Of a stretch of 64,000 bases of DNA, positions 51,553 through 63,572 are shown piece by piece. This stretch comes from Mobula hypostoma (lineage: Eukaryota). The notes under the pieces are model-generated. The model was not told where the DNA came from. It made no database searches and saw only the letters and a program-made list of their open reading frames with translations. The DNA is taken from assembly GCF_963921235.1 (NCBI RefSeq), contig NC_086104.1, positions 75,144,001 to 75,208,000 of the forward strand, written 5' to 3'. How positions within the stretch are numbered: the first letter of the stretch is position 1; each line of letters starts with the position of its first letter. The translations under genes and the position numbers were made by a program.

Positions 51553-52320
51553 AGTTCAAGTTCAAGTTTAATTGTCATTCAATCTTACATGAATACTCAC
51601 AAATACAGCCAAATGAAACAGCGTTACTCTGGAGCAAGGTGGAAAACACAGTATCAAAAGTTGTACACAGCAAAAGGTACATATAGCACATATAGGATAG
51701 CAGTGAAATAGTCACACAGGTAAAAAATAATAGTCCAAGTCCCCGAGTCCATGAAAGTTGCTGCAGTCTGCAGTCGAACACAATACAGCTCGTCTTCTGC
51801 TGAGTGAAAATTGGAGGGCAGCATAGACACAGCGCCATGCTGCCTCAGGCACTCTGGTGGAGTGCCCGACTCCGATGCCACCCAAGGGGCATCAGCACCA
51901 CGGCTTGAGGCTTAATCCTCACTATGACCGAGGCCATGCACCTCCCCCACTGTCCACCCTCACTATTCACCAATAAACCAATGAATTGGACTTGCAACAT
52001 TCCACACTGCCAGTGTCCAACAGGGTCTTACCATCACAAGAAAAGCAACTGAGATGATCACTCGCTGTTCAGACTGCACACTTCCTTCATGCACTGACGC
52101 CTCTCTGTCTCAGGCAGCATCACGGTCCACACTAGGTCCAGCTCCTTCTGTTCTCCATCAACGAGCAACTCACTGCTGGAGTAAACCTGTAGTACTTTTA
52201 AATTCTTAATGTCTAACAGGGTCTTGTGATCGTAAAAAAATACATTAAAAAAAGACAATAGCATTCTTGGTTGACCTCACAGAAGCTGCTGTGTCTGTGT
52301 GCACTGGCATCTTACCAGAT
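51553..52320 (-). mobile_element. Non-autonomous retroelement with a (ttgaac)n LINE-type tail
   Basis: agttcaagttcaagtttaattgtcattc is a reversed LINE-like 3' end; no ORF. Confidence 0.5.
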
Positions 52321-53444
52321 GCAAGACAGATAAGTCACATGCTTCAGCAATTTAATTATACCAAGGAAGTTCATATGATACTGCACTTTGCTTCAAAACA
52401 TCTTCATGGGACATCAAGAAAACAGAATGACAAACATGCTTTAGATTCAGAATTATATAGCATGAAAACAGACCATTCAGCCTAACACATAAGCGCTGAT
52501 TAAGGTGACTGCCTGAGCCAATCCCATTTGACTGCATTGGGCCCATGTCCCTTGAAACCTTTTTTTTAATCCATGTACCTGTCTGAATATCTTTTAAATA
52601 TTATAATTTACAGCTTCCTCTGGCAGCTCATTATATTACCCACCACCCTCTTTGTGGAAAGTTTGCCCCTCAGGTATGCCGTATATCTTTTCCCTCTCAC
52701 CAGTTTTATATGCCGCCAACTCTTAGAATTGCACTGTCAACTACCTGCCCAAATAAATACACATGAATAGACGTATGTCTTTGCTCAGAGGATCAGCAAA
52801 GGGAAATGAATGATTTACTACTAATGTAGCTGATGACAGTTCAGCCTTGTACCTCTGAAATGAGGGGAATAACCATTGAATGACTTGGAATTTATCAATG
52901 GACTTTCGACAGTAAAACACAAAGTAAATTTTGGAAACTGTAACTATGGAGATCTTAATCCAAATCTCCATAGTTACAGCTCAAAACTCACAATTATTGA
53001 CAGAAATGAAAACAAAAATGAGCAGCACAGCAAGTGGTCTCGGGTGTTCTGTTCCAGAATCACACGTTATGGATTCATATCACATATCTCTAGGAGACAT
53101 ATTACCAATGAGACACCAAATCATGCACTTCTGCATAAGTCAAGGGTAACATCCTGGGCTATTCTTCCTGAAATCAATTTGCATATCAAAAATGTGTATT
53201 CAATACTGTAGAGAAAGAATGCATTCTTCTGAAGGCTGTTGATTAAAGCAACAAATAATTAAGGCTTGGCCTTAACTGATAAATAATTACCTGTAAATTT
53301 GTTTCTTTTCCCATTGATTAACACTGTATTGGCAGTAAAATGTCAACCAAAAATACTATACATTTTTTTAAATCTCACTCCAACAATGACATGTGAATTT
53401 CAAAATGTTCATATTTTTGATTGACCAATATTCTTGTGGGAGTA

Positions 53445-53486
53445 AAACACAAAATGTTGGAGGAGCTCAGCAGGTCAGGCAGCATC
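53445..53486 (-). mobile_element. Short solo PLE tail fragment
   Basis: aaacacaaaatgttggaggagctcagcaggtcaggcagcatc. Confidence 0.65.
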
Positions 53487-55169
53487 TTGTGGGATGCGGT
53501 CAGTGGTGTGATGGTAGTGAGAAAGGGAAACAGAGTAAAAGCAGAGGCAGAAATGGGGTGAAAGGCTAAAGGTGTTCGTGATTAAATAAAAGACATTGAA
53601 GATTTTGCAAAATAAATCGTTAATTGAAAGATTGGCCTAGATTAGAATTGTGAAGGCCATTCATTAATTTTGGCTTAAATCTAAATGTAGAAACCAAACA
53701 TTAGAGAAGTACTTTGCTAAAGTATAGCCATTTTACAAAGCATTATTAAAAGAAAATCACAAATCCACTCCTGACGAAGGAACATAACCCTTGACCGGGC
53801 TTGGAAACTTTCAATACATTTTATTTCATAATTTGCAAACAAAATTTTCGAAACATTGAGGTGGGATGACCGCAGATTCCCATAATTGCAGCATAAAATA
53901 CACTGATGCAAAAACTAAAATTAGGCCCTACACATAATTCATTGAGATACTAATCATTATTAAAATTGCCCCTACCTTAATTAGCCCAAAAAGTAATTAA
54001 GGTTTGTGATTTGGTTTGTGATTTGATTTGTGCTTGTGTCTAATGACCCCTCCCAAACCACACTACCATCATGGTAATGAAATTGCTATTCCTGCAAGAC
54101 CAAGAGGAATTTCACTGTGAAGTGCCAATACAGGTACTTATGCACCCAAGAATGAATAGCCATTATTTCCTGTTATTAGTGTGGGAGAACAGACAATCTG
54201 CATTCATCTACTATTTATAATTCCTAACATCCTAAACTTTTCTGTGCATATTCTGTGCCATGTAAATTTTTACTAATCCATCATCCTTTAATCAAGTTGG
54301 CAGTGCTGGCTCCCAATTCTCCAAAGCATCTCATTAGGTATTCTTGGATTCATCTCCAAATCTCTCATTGATAATACCCTACTAGAAGCTACATTTTCTA
54401 AAATTCTACATCTATTTTTGCAAGTCCTTAATCACTCAATACACTCATGTCAGTAAACAACACTTATTAACTACCTGCTCAAACCTTTTCTCATATTGTG
54501 CTCCATCATTTCACAGTGCATTAGTCACCTCTTCTATCCTAATCTTTCCTCTTGGTAACATCTTGATCTTATGAAATTATCTGGGAGATTTCTTATATTA
54601 GAAGTTTAAAAAAAAGTAGCAGTCTGATTGACTTGCAGCTTCAGTGCATGGAATTGGACATCTGGGGTGTTGGTCCAGAGGGAAACTAAATAAAGTGCCC
54701 TGAGAAAAAAGTAATAATATGGAGAGGACCAAATAAATGGAAATTCATTACATGAAATCAGGCTTTTGAGAAAGTTAGGCAGCTGGCAATACAACTAAAT
54801 AGCTGAACGAACTGCTTCCAGTAATGCATAGTAGCCCAATTCCATTAATTAAATAAATAAAGTTTTGCTTAATAAAATCAATACTCTTATTACTTCATTC
54901 TGTACTACTCTGATGATTCCATATTCTTAGCAGATCCTTTCTCCCCTTTCTCACATCCTTCTTTCTACTGGATTCTTGTTTTCCCAACTTCCCTGAAACA
55001 AAAGCCTGAAGCTGCATTCTGTTTTCACCCTGAAAAGCAACACTCCACAAATGTTTTTGTCTGTGAACAACATGTACATCCATTAATCTATACTTTACAT
55101 CTCATTAAGCACTAGGAACAGTGAGAGTAGACAGTTAAAATGTTTTTCCCAGGGTAGAAATGTCAAATG

Positions 55170-55350
55170 CAGGTTGAGTACCCCTTACCCAAAATTCCAA
55201 AATCCAAGAACTTCTGAAAATTTTTTGAGTGCTGACATGACATCTTAAGTAGAAAATTCCACAAGGCACTGGGAAGGTTCCCAGGCGATGTGCAGATCTC
55301 TGCACACCACAGACAGTTCTGAGAAGTGACCTCTCATATGTACTGCACAG
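55170..55350 (+). mobile_element. Tigger/pogo (Tigger4/Zombi-like) MITE end
   Basis: caggttgagtaccccttacccaaaattccaaaatcc...ttttgagtgctgacatgac resembles the recalled Tigger4 TIR; only one end is visible. Confidence 0.6.
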
Positions 55351-55718
55351 AAGTCTCTTCTGAAGTCCAAGCCTGTAGCATTCAAATCAAGTGAACTTGA
55401 CCTTTGTAAGTGCAATCAGAAATGCTAAGAGGCCGTGCTTGTCCAGACTTGAGTGTCACTCCAGCTGTCGGCTGTAGCAGGGCTTGCATACCATATATAG
55501 CGGTAGAGTCAGTCTGTATTGCCGACAATAGCACATCCCTTCCCCAATGTGCTTAGCACACTCTATGCATGAACAAAAGGGAACAGGTATGTTACCACCT
55601 ACCCTAGGAGTTCCTGTGCAGTCACTGTAACAGATGCAAGATCAGTTTTCTGGAGGGTGAACCCATGAAAAACATCAGACACTGACGATGTCCCTGGCCC
55701 TTAGATCCTGTCTAGGTC

Positions 55719-56802
55719 TACATTTCTTTAGATATCTACAAGTTAGAAATTTCCTAAGTACTATACTTTCTTCCTTTCCAATGCTTCCTCCTACATATAT
55801 TTTAGATACTATAATTAACTTTAATCCATGTCAGAAAGGTGCATCGGCTATGATTTATAATATTATTATGAAACTTAGGAAAGCTCCATTTGATAAGATT
55901 AGGGCAGATTGGGAACAGGAATTGGGTTCTATCATTTCCGTGGATGACTGGGGGCAGATTTTACAATTAGTCAATACTTCCTCTATCTGTGCTAAACATT
56001 CCCTAATTCAATTTAAAGTTGTTCATAGAGCACATATGTCCAAAGATAAATTAGCTCGTTTTTATTCTCATATTAATCCTTTTTGTGATAGATGTCCGGG
56101 GCAGATAGCCTCTTTAACTTATATGTTTTGGTCTTGAATATAGATATCTCTCCTCACCCTATTACTGCTATCTTTGGATTACCCAAAATTTCCAGTAATC
56201 CTTCTCCTTCAGCCCGTAGAATGATTGCATTTCTTACTTTAATGGCGAAAAGATGTATTTTACAACATTGGAAAGGGCTTAATGCTCCAACTACCTTTTT
56301 TTGGTTTTCTCAGACGATATTATGCTTGAATTTGGAGAAAATTAGAAGCAATCTTTATGATTCCTCACTTAAATTTGAACAGACCTGGAGATCTTTTATT
56401 CAATATTTTCATTTAATGTAATTTTTTTTCTCTTTTTTTGCTCCATATTTATATTCCCTTCTTGTTTTTTTTTACTGTTTTTAATGGAGGTCGGGTTTGA
56501 GGACGTGATTTTAAGTTCTTTAACTCTACTTGGTTCCAAGTTAGCCTATTGCTTTGCTTTGCTTTTAGTTTAGTTGCACGGTGGGTATTTTTTTGGGTTT
56601 TTTTTTTCTTTTCTCTATTGATATATATATAAATTAGTATACTATTATGTTACCTTATTATGTTACGTTTAAATTACATTGTTTGTATCATTTTTTTTCT
56701 GTATTAATATCTCCTGTAATTTTATTATATTCTAACAGTGTATTAGTGCCTATATGGCTTACCTTTTTTGTATATTTATTCAATAAAAAGATTTAAAAAG
56801 AA
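55719..56802 (+). mobile_element. L1-clade LINE, second copy of the family at 31892
   Basis: Near-identical to ~32409-33525 apart from a ~55-bp deletion. 16-bp TSD agatcctgt(c/t)taggtc at 55703-55718 and 56803-56818. Confidence 0.93.
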
Positions 56803-58240
56803 AGATCCTGTTTAGGTCATCTAGCAAGGGTATGTGCAGACAATTTTAACTTCTTCCTGCTTCAGAATGTGGTTCCCTCCTGCTTTAAGAAAGCCACTAT
56901 CATCTGAGTACCCAAGAACAACAAGATAATGTGTCTTAAAGACAACCACCCAGTGGCTCTACCATCTATATCATGAAGTGCTTCGAAAGGCTGGTCATGA
57001 CACACATCAGCTCCAGCTTTCCAGATAACCTCGACACACTGCTATTTGCCTACCTCCAAAAAGGCAGTAGGCAAAAAGACAAAAGGCAGAAGATGGTAGT
57101 TCCTGGCCCCACACTAGTCTCTGAAGCATTTCAACAGTAAAGAGACCTACATAAGACTATTGTGCACTGTCTACAGTTCTGCCTTCAATACTAGTGTTCC
57201 AAGCAAACTCATCACCTAATTCCAGACTCTGGGAGTTAACGTCTTTCTGCAACTGGATCCTTGATTTTCTGACTAACAGATTACAATCAGTAAAGATAGG
57301 CAGAAACACCTTCATCACAATTATTCTAAATACTGGTGCTCCACACAGTTGTATCCTCAGCCGCTTACTCTAAACCCTATACACTGATAACTGTGTGGCT
57401 AGCCTCTGCTCTAATTCCAACTACAAGTTTGTAATGATAACACTGTCGTGGGGCACGTCTCAAATACTGATGAGTTGGAGTACAGGAAGAAGAAAGAAAG
57501 CTCAGTGACATGGTACCATGACAACAAACTTCCCCTCAAATGTCAATAAAACAAAAGACTTGATTAATTACTTCAAAAGGCAGGGGTGGTGCACAAGCTT
57601 CTGTTTACATCAGTGGTGCTGAGGTTGAGAGGGTTGACAGCTTCAAGTTCCGAGATGTGAACATCATCAATAGCCTGTCCCAGTCCAATCACATTGATAC
57701 CATGGCCTCAAGAGCTCAACAACGCCTCAACTTCCTCAGGAAGCTAAAGAAATTCGACATGTCCCCATTGACTCCTACCAATTTTTATCGATGCACTATA
57801 AAAGCATTCTGTCAGTATTGCAGCTGCACATAACCGCAAGAAACAGCAAAGAATTGTTGGCGCAGCTCAGCACATCATGGGAACCAGCCTGCCCGGTCTG
57901 GACTCTGTCTATACTTCTCGCTACCTCAGTAAAAATGGCCAGACCTCACCACCCTGGGCATTCTCCCTTCTCCCCTCGCCCAACAGGCAGAAGATACAAA
58001 AGCCTGAAAGCACATATCACCAGGCTCAAGGACAGCTTCTATCCCACATTTATCACACTCCTGAATGGAGCTCTTGCATAATAAGGTGGATGACAATTTA
58101 ACTTGTTACAATCTTGCAATTCATCATTTACCTGCACCGTACTTTGTCAGTAGCTTTTACACTTTATTCTGCATTCCTTTTGTTTTATTTTATTCTAGCT
58201 CAATGCATTTGATCTGTACAAACAGTAGGCAAGCTAAGGT

Positions 58241-58364
58241 AAACAACAGGAATTCTGCAGATGCTGGAAATTCAAGCAACATACATCAAAGTTGCTGGTG
58301 AACGCAGCAGGCCAAGCAGCATCTCTAGGAACAGGTGCAGTCGACGTTTCAGGCCGAGACCCTT
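58241..58364 (-). mobile_element. Solo PLE tail of the same young subfamily as 42185-46592, truncated inside HHR stem II; an older tail follows at ~58440-58510
   Basis: aaacaacaggaattctgcagatgctggaaattcaagcaac...gtgcagtcgacgtttcaggccgagaccctt. Confidence 0.9.
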
Positions 58365-58508
58365 GTGTTCATCGTACCTTGGTACATGTGACAACAATAA
58401 ACCAATACCAATATCAATACCTTAATTAGTTCTGAGGATACAAAAAAATCTGCTGGAAGAACTCAGGAAGGAAAGGAATTGTTGACATTTTGGCTCAAAC
58501 CCCTGCAT

Positions 58509-59133
58509 CATAGAACATAGAAATCTACAGCACATTACAGGCCCTTCGGCCCACAATGTTGTGCCAACCATGTAACCTACTCTAGAAACTGCTTAGAATT
58601 TCCCTACCGCATGGCCCTCTACTTTTCTAAGCTCCATGTACCTATCTAAGAGACTCTTAAAAGACCCGACTGTATCCGCTTCCACTGCTGCCACCGGTAC
58701 TGCATTCCACGCACCCACAATACCATGTGAAGAACCTACCCGTGACATCCCCTTGGTACCCATTTCCAAGCACCTTAAAACTATGGCCCCTTGTATTAGC
58801 AATTTCAGCCCTGGGAAAAAGCCCCTGGCTATCCACACGATCAATGCCCCTCATCATCTTATACACCTCTATCAGGTCACCTCTCATCCTCTGTCGCTCC
58901 CAGAAGAAAAGGCCAAGTTCACTCAACCGACTCTCATAACGTACGCCCTCCAATCCAAGTAACATCCTTGTAAATCTCCTTTGCACTCTTTCTGCAATGT
59001 TAGCATTAATTTCGAGAGGAGTAGAATATGAAAGGATGTAATGTTCAGGGTTTATTAACGGCACTAGTGAGGCCTCATTTGGAGAATTGTGAGGTGGTTT
59101 AGGCCTCTCATCTAAGAAAGGATGTACTTACAT
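58509..59133 (-). mobile_element. CR1 3' end with an apparent 5' inversion
   Basis: The minus part 58509-~58996 encodes ERVQRRFTRML onward; the plus part ~58997-59133 encodes the immediately preceding segment. Confidence 0.8.
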
Positions 59134-60069
59134 TATTCAAATGAGGTAAACAATAATGTATCAGTTCTGAGTTTAGTCAATTTGTCTTGAGAACCTGAAA
59201 TTTTAGTTCTCCATGTCAAACAATTTATGTTTCCATTTAATGATTAAAGGCTCCAAAAGTTCCCTGATCACAGATGTCATCAACTAGCTTGTAATTACCC
59301 AAATGAGCATAGTCTTCCTCATTAAAAATTAACCCATATTGTCTACTCTTTAGTCCACTGGCATACAATCACTGAGTTGAAGTCAAATAATATTTCAATG
59401 ACCTCTGCATTTTTCACTCAAATCCTAAAATCCTTATTATTAAGAACCAAGCAATCCATCTTCCTTTGGTTTACTTAACCTATGTAAATTTTCCCTTTAA
59501 TCTATCCGTTTACTTTCTTCATTGCCAACCACCCCAGCATGCAAAGCCTCGCTAGCTCAGTCTCTGTTGAAAGGAATAATATCAAAGCACTTCATGTACA
59601 TTTCCACTAATGTTTCAATCTAATTATCAACACTTTTTGTTTCAGGGACTCTGTGTCATTACTAAAAAAATCTTTCTTCACCAAAATTCTGTTTCTGCAA
59701 GGATAGAGTTCCTCACTTTCTCTTTATTAATTTTTTTTACTAGCACAAATTATTTTGTCTTTTCTTTGAAATACATTTCAATAAATTTCATTTCTCTTAT
59801 TACCTAAATTTCTCTTCAACAAGCTTGAATTTAACTGTGTTATTTACATATTTTCCAAAACAATAGCATTTTGCATACCTTCTCCAATATCACTCAGTAT
59901 CTAGTTCCTTTTACTACCTCAAGTTCTGTCACCTGTCAGGAAATATTAATAACCACAATGATCAATAATGCATCAATAAATAATTATAATTTCAAATTTG
60001 CATTAAGTTGTGGTTCTGTTACTGGCGGATTCCATGGCTCTGAAGCAATTGCCTGAATTGAGGAAATTC

Positions 60070-60400
60070 GGAGTTCTGCTCTGGAAATGCAAAGGTAAAA
60101 TCTCAGTTAATGTTCCAATACAGCACAGAAGAGTGCGGAATTGCCAATGATGCCGTCTTCTCACATGATGTGTAAAATAAAGTGCAGCATGCCCATCCAG
60201 ATTTGTTTCATGGAAAAGAAGGAAACTTAGTCCTGGTGCATCGCCAACATTTAACCATTAATCAGTAGAGAGTACCTGGTCATTCATTTATGAGTTTCTT
60301 GCACTACAGGAACTGGCCATCATATTCCCTGCAAAATCTCATATGCATTTCATTAGCCGTAAAATACTTTGTGATGCTCTGAACGCATGAAAGCTGATAA
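60070..60400 (+). mobile_element. Deu-domain SINE, degenerate
   Basis: tacagcacagaagagtgc...gatgccgtctt...ctggtcattcattt...ttcattagccgtaaaatactttgtgatgctctga. Confidence 0.6.
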
Positions 60401-61072
60401 AGAGAGACAGGAAAGCCTTTAATGTGACTGATATGAGGAGTCCATATTTTGCAATTTCCATGATGCATTAGCATTTTAATTTTATAGAACAGGTTACTCC
60501 AAGTGCATCTGTGATTTTAATTACATCTGGATTAGTTCCATCCGCACAGTGGTCTCTTGCTTCCCCACCCATTTAAGCATTCATATGGAAATTAGCAATA
60601 TATTCCATAAACACAGGTAGAAATATGGGAATCTTCAATTATCCAGGAAGCCAATGACCTGAAACTTCCATTGTCTACATTTGTGATCAATTGGCCATTA
60701 AACCACTCTTGCTTAGCTCTTTTAAGGCATTCCAACACCAGTCTGATAAGCAAGGCCCATCACAGCACACAACTTTTCAATCACTACTTACAAATCTTAC
60801 CAAAGAAGTTAATATATCAGTCAGTTAGAACATACCAGGACACAAACAAGTACTTCACAAATATTCAGGATCAATCAAAAACTATTAACATTCAGCATAT
60901 TTTAAACATTTAAAAAATCACTGTTCATTAGCTTTTTCCAAGTTAATTAAATTAAAACTGTAGAATGCCAAATAGAGCTTTAACCAGCGACCAATCCAGA
61001 TATCGGAAGGAAGGGATTTCACTCAGGTCAACTGCCTGAGAGCAGAAAAGGGGGCATCAGGTCGCTGCAGCG

Positions 61073-62028
61073 AAATAAGAACATAAGAAATAGGAGCAGG
61101 AGTAGACCATCTGGCCTATCAGATCTGCTCCACCATTGAATAAGATCATGGCTAATCTGGTCATGGACTCACCTCTACCTACCTGCCTTTTCCCACAACC
61201 CTTAATTCCCCTACAATGCAAAAATCTATTCAATCCTGTTTTCAATATATTTTCTGAGATAGCCTCCACTGCTTCATTGGGCAGAGAATTCCACAAATTC
61301 AGCACTCTCTGGGAAAAGCAGTTCCTCCTCCTCTCCGTCCTAAATCTACTCCCCCAAATCTTGAGACTATGTCCCCTAGTTCTTGTCTCACCTACCAGTG
61401 GAAACAACTTTCCTGGCTCTTACCTATCCCCTTCATAATTCTATGTTTCTATAAGATCTCCTTTCATCTTCTAAATTCCAGCAAGTACAGTCCCAGGCAC
61501 CTCAATCTCTCCTCATAGTCTAATCCCCTCATTCTCTGGAATTAACATAGTGAACCTCCTCTGCACCACCTCCAAAGCCAGTATATCCTTCCTCAAAATA
61601 AGGAGAACAGAATTGCACACAGTATTCCAGCTGTAGCCTCACCAGTACCCTGTACAGTTGCAGCATAATCTCTCTGCTCTTAAATTCAATCCCTCAAGCA
61701 ATGAAGGCCAACAATTCCATTTGCCTTCTTGATAGCCTGCTGCACCTGCAAACAAACCTTATGTGATTCATGAACAAGTACTCCTATCCCTCTGCACAGC
61801 AGCATGCTGAAATTTTTTTAGCATTTAAATAATAATCTGCTCTTTCATTTTCCCTTCCGAAATGTATGACCTCGCATTTACCAACATTGTACTCCATCCA
61901 CCAGACCACTTAACCTATCCACATCCCTCTACAGACTCTCCATATCTTCTGCACAATTTGCTTTTCCGCTCAGTTTAGTGTCATCAGCAAACTGAGATAC
62001 ACTACACTCGGTTCCCTCTTCCAGATCG
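61073..62028 (-). mobile_element. CR1 LINE 3' fragment
   Basis: MFPLVGETRTRGHSLKI..RFRTERRRNCFSQRVLNLWNSLP; tail is the reverse complement of aaataagaacataagaaatagg; FADD remnant near 61985. Confidence 0.9.
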
Positions 62029-62029
62029 T

Positions 62030-63572
62030 AAATAGAGCTTTGTCCAGCAACCAATCTGTGTTTTGGATTAAAGGAAATTAAAGGAAGGCTGAGGCAAACG
62101 CAGCGACCATTATCGCTGTAGCCATCGTCTGAGTGGACAGAGTCAGAGTGGTGATCTTGAGGCTTTAGCTCTTCGAGGCTTCAGCAAAGAGAAGCTTCAG
62201 TCAGAGAAGGCAAGAAAACAAAAGCTTAAGTTTTTTTTCTCCTTCCCTTCTTTATATCGGCTCAGCTAGGGGAGTAGAGATGCCAGGCAGGACAGTGGAA
62301 TGCTCCTCTTGCAGGATGTGGGAAGGCAGGGAGACCTTGAGTGCCCCTGATGACTAGACTTGTGAGAAGTGCATCTAGATGCAGCTTCTACCACTCTGCG
62401 TTAAGGAGTTGCAGCTAGAACTGGATGGACTCCGGAACTTCGGAGACTGAAGGAGTGATAGATACGACATATACAGAGAGCCAGTTACACCCAAAGTCCA
62501 GGACGCAGGAAAATGGGTGACAGTCAGGAGGAGAAAACGGGTTAAGAAGCCAGTGCAGCGTGCCCCTGTGGCCATCCCCCTCAACAACAGCTATATCACT
62601 TTGGATACTACTGGGGCGGGGGGGGGGCAGGGGTTTGACCTAACAGAGGAAAATCACAGTGGTCAGGTCTCTGGCACTACGGATGGCTCTGTGACTCAGA
62701 AGAGAAGGGGGTAGAAAAGGCAAGTTGTGGTGATGGGGGATTTGTTAGTTAGAGGAAACTACAGGTGGTGCGGTGGCCAAGAACAGGATTTCCGGATGGT
62801 ATATTGCCTCCTGCGTATCAGGGCCCAGGACATCCTGGATCGAGTCCTCAGCATTCTTAAGTGGGAGAGTGAACAGCCAGAGGTCGTGGTCCATGTAGGT
62901 ACCAATGTCATGGGTAGGACAAGTGATAAGGTTCTACATAGGGAATTCAGGGAGTTAGGTGCTAAGTTAAAGGGCAGGACCTCCAGGGTTGTGATCTCAG
63001 GATTGCTACATGTGCCATGTGCTAGTGAGGCCAGAACTCGGAAGATTATACAGTTTAATACGTGGTGTTAGTGAGCTAGTGTAGGATGGAGGGCATAAGA
63101 TTTTTAGATTATTCAGGGAAGGTGGGACCCATACAGAAAGGACTGTTTGCACCTGAACTGGAGAGAGACTAATATCCTAGAGTGAAGGTTTGCTAGTGCC
63201 ACACAGTGGGGGTTGAACTAGAGTTCCAGTGGGATAGGAACCAGAGTGCCAGAACAGTTAGTGGAGAGGCTCTGGAGGCATATGTTGGTAAGACCCCAGA
63301 CAAAGTTAGAAATCAAACGGTTGAGCATAGCGCAACTAGTGTGCTGAGTTGCATATATTTCAATGCAAGAACTATTGTAGGAAATGCAGATGAAGATGAG
63401 GTAGCTGGTTTATAAACAAAGGCAATGTGTAGTGAGGAGAGGCTGATGATAGGGCAAAATTGCAGTCAAAAAGATGACTTCCAACATAAAAAGCAGACAA
63501 AATCGAAAAGGGTGAATGCAGCACTAAAGGTGTTATATTTGAATGTGCGCAGTTTACAGAATAAGGTAGATG
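62030..63572 (+). mobile_element. CR1 5' part: 5' UTR, disrupted ORF1 (Cys motif, coiled coil, SGNH esterase-like) and start of the ORF2 endonuclease
   Basis: ATG 62280 MPGRTVECSSCRMW...CEKC; PVAIPLNN; VMGDLLVRG...VHVGTN; CIYFNART. Confidence 0.85.

Larger units (their letters stand above)
55590..58420 (+). mobile_element. Degenerate Rex1/Babar LINE hosting an L1 and a PLE tail
   Basis: RT remnants (atcatgaagtgcttcgaaaggctggtc = IMKCFERLV; TGAP; FKF; PTGRRYKSL...LKDSFYP); tail aataaaccaataccaat. Confidence 0.85.

Noticed and set aside
49120-54800. Many 60-155-aa ORFs in AT-rich DNA
   Set aside because: No domains or splice structure, many non-ATG starts, and lengths expected by chance.
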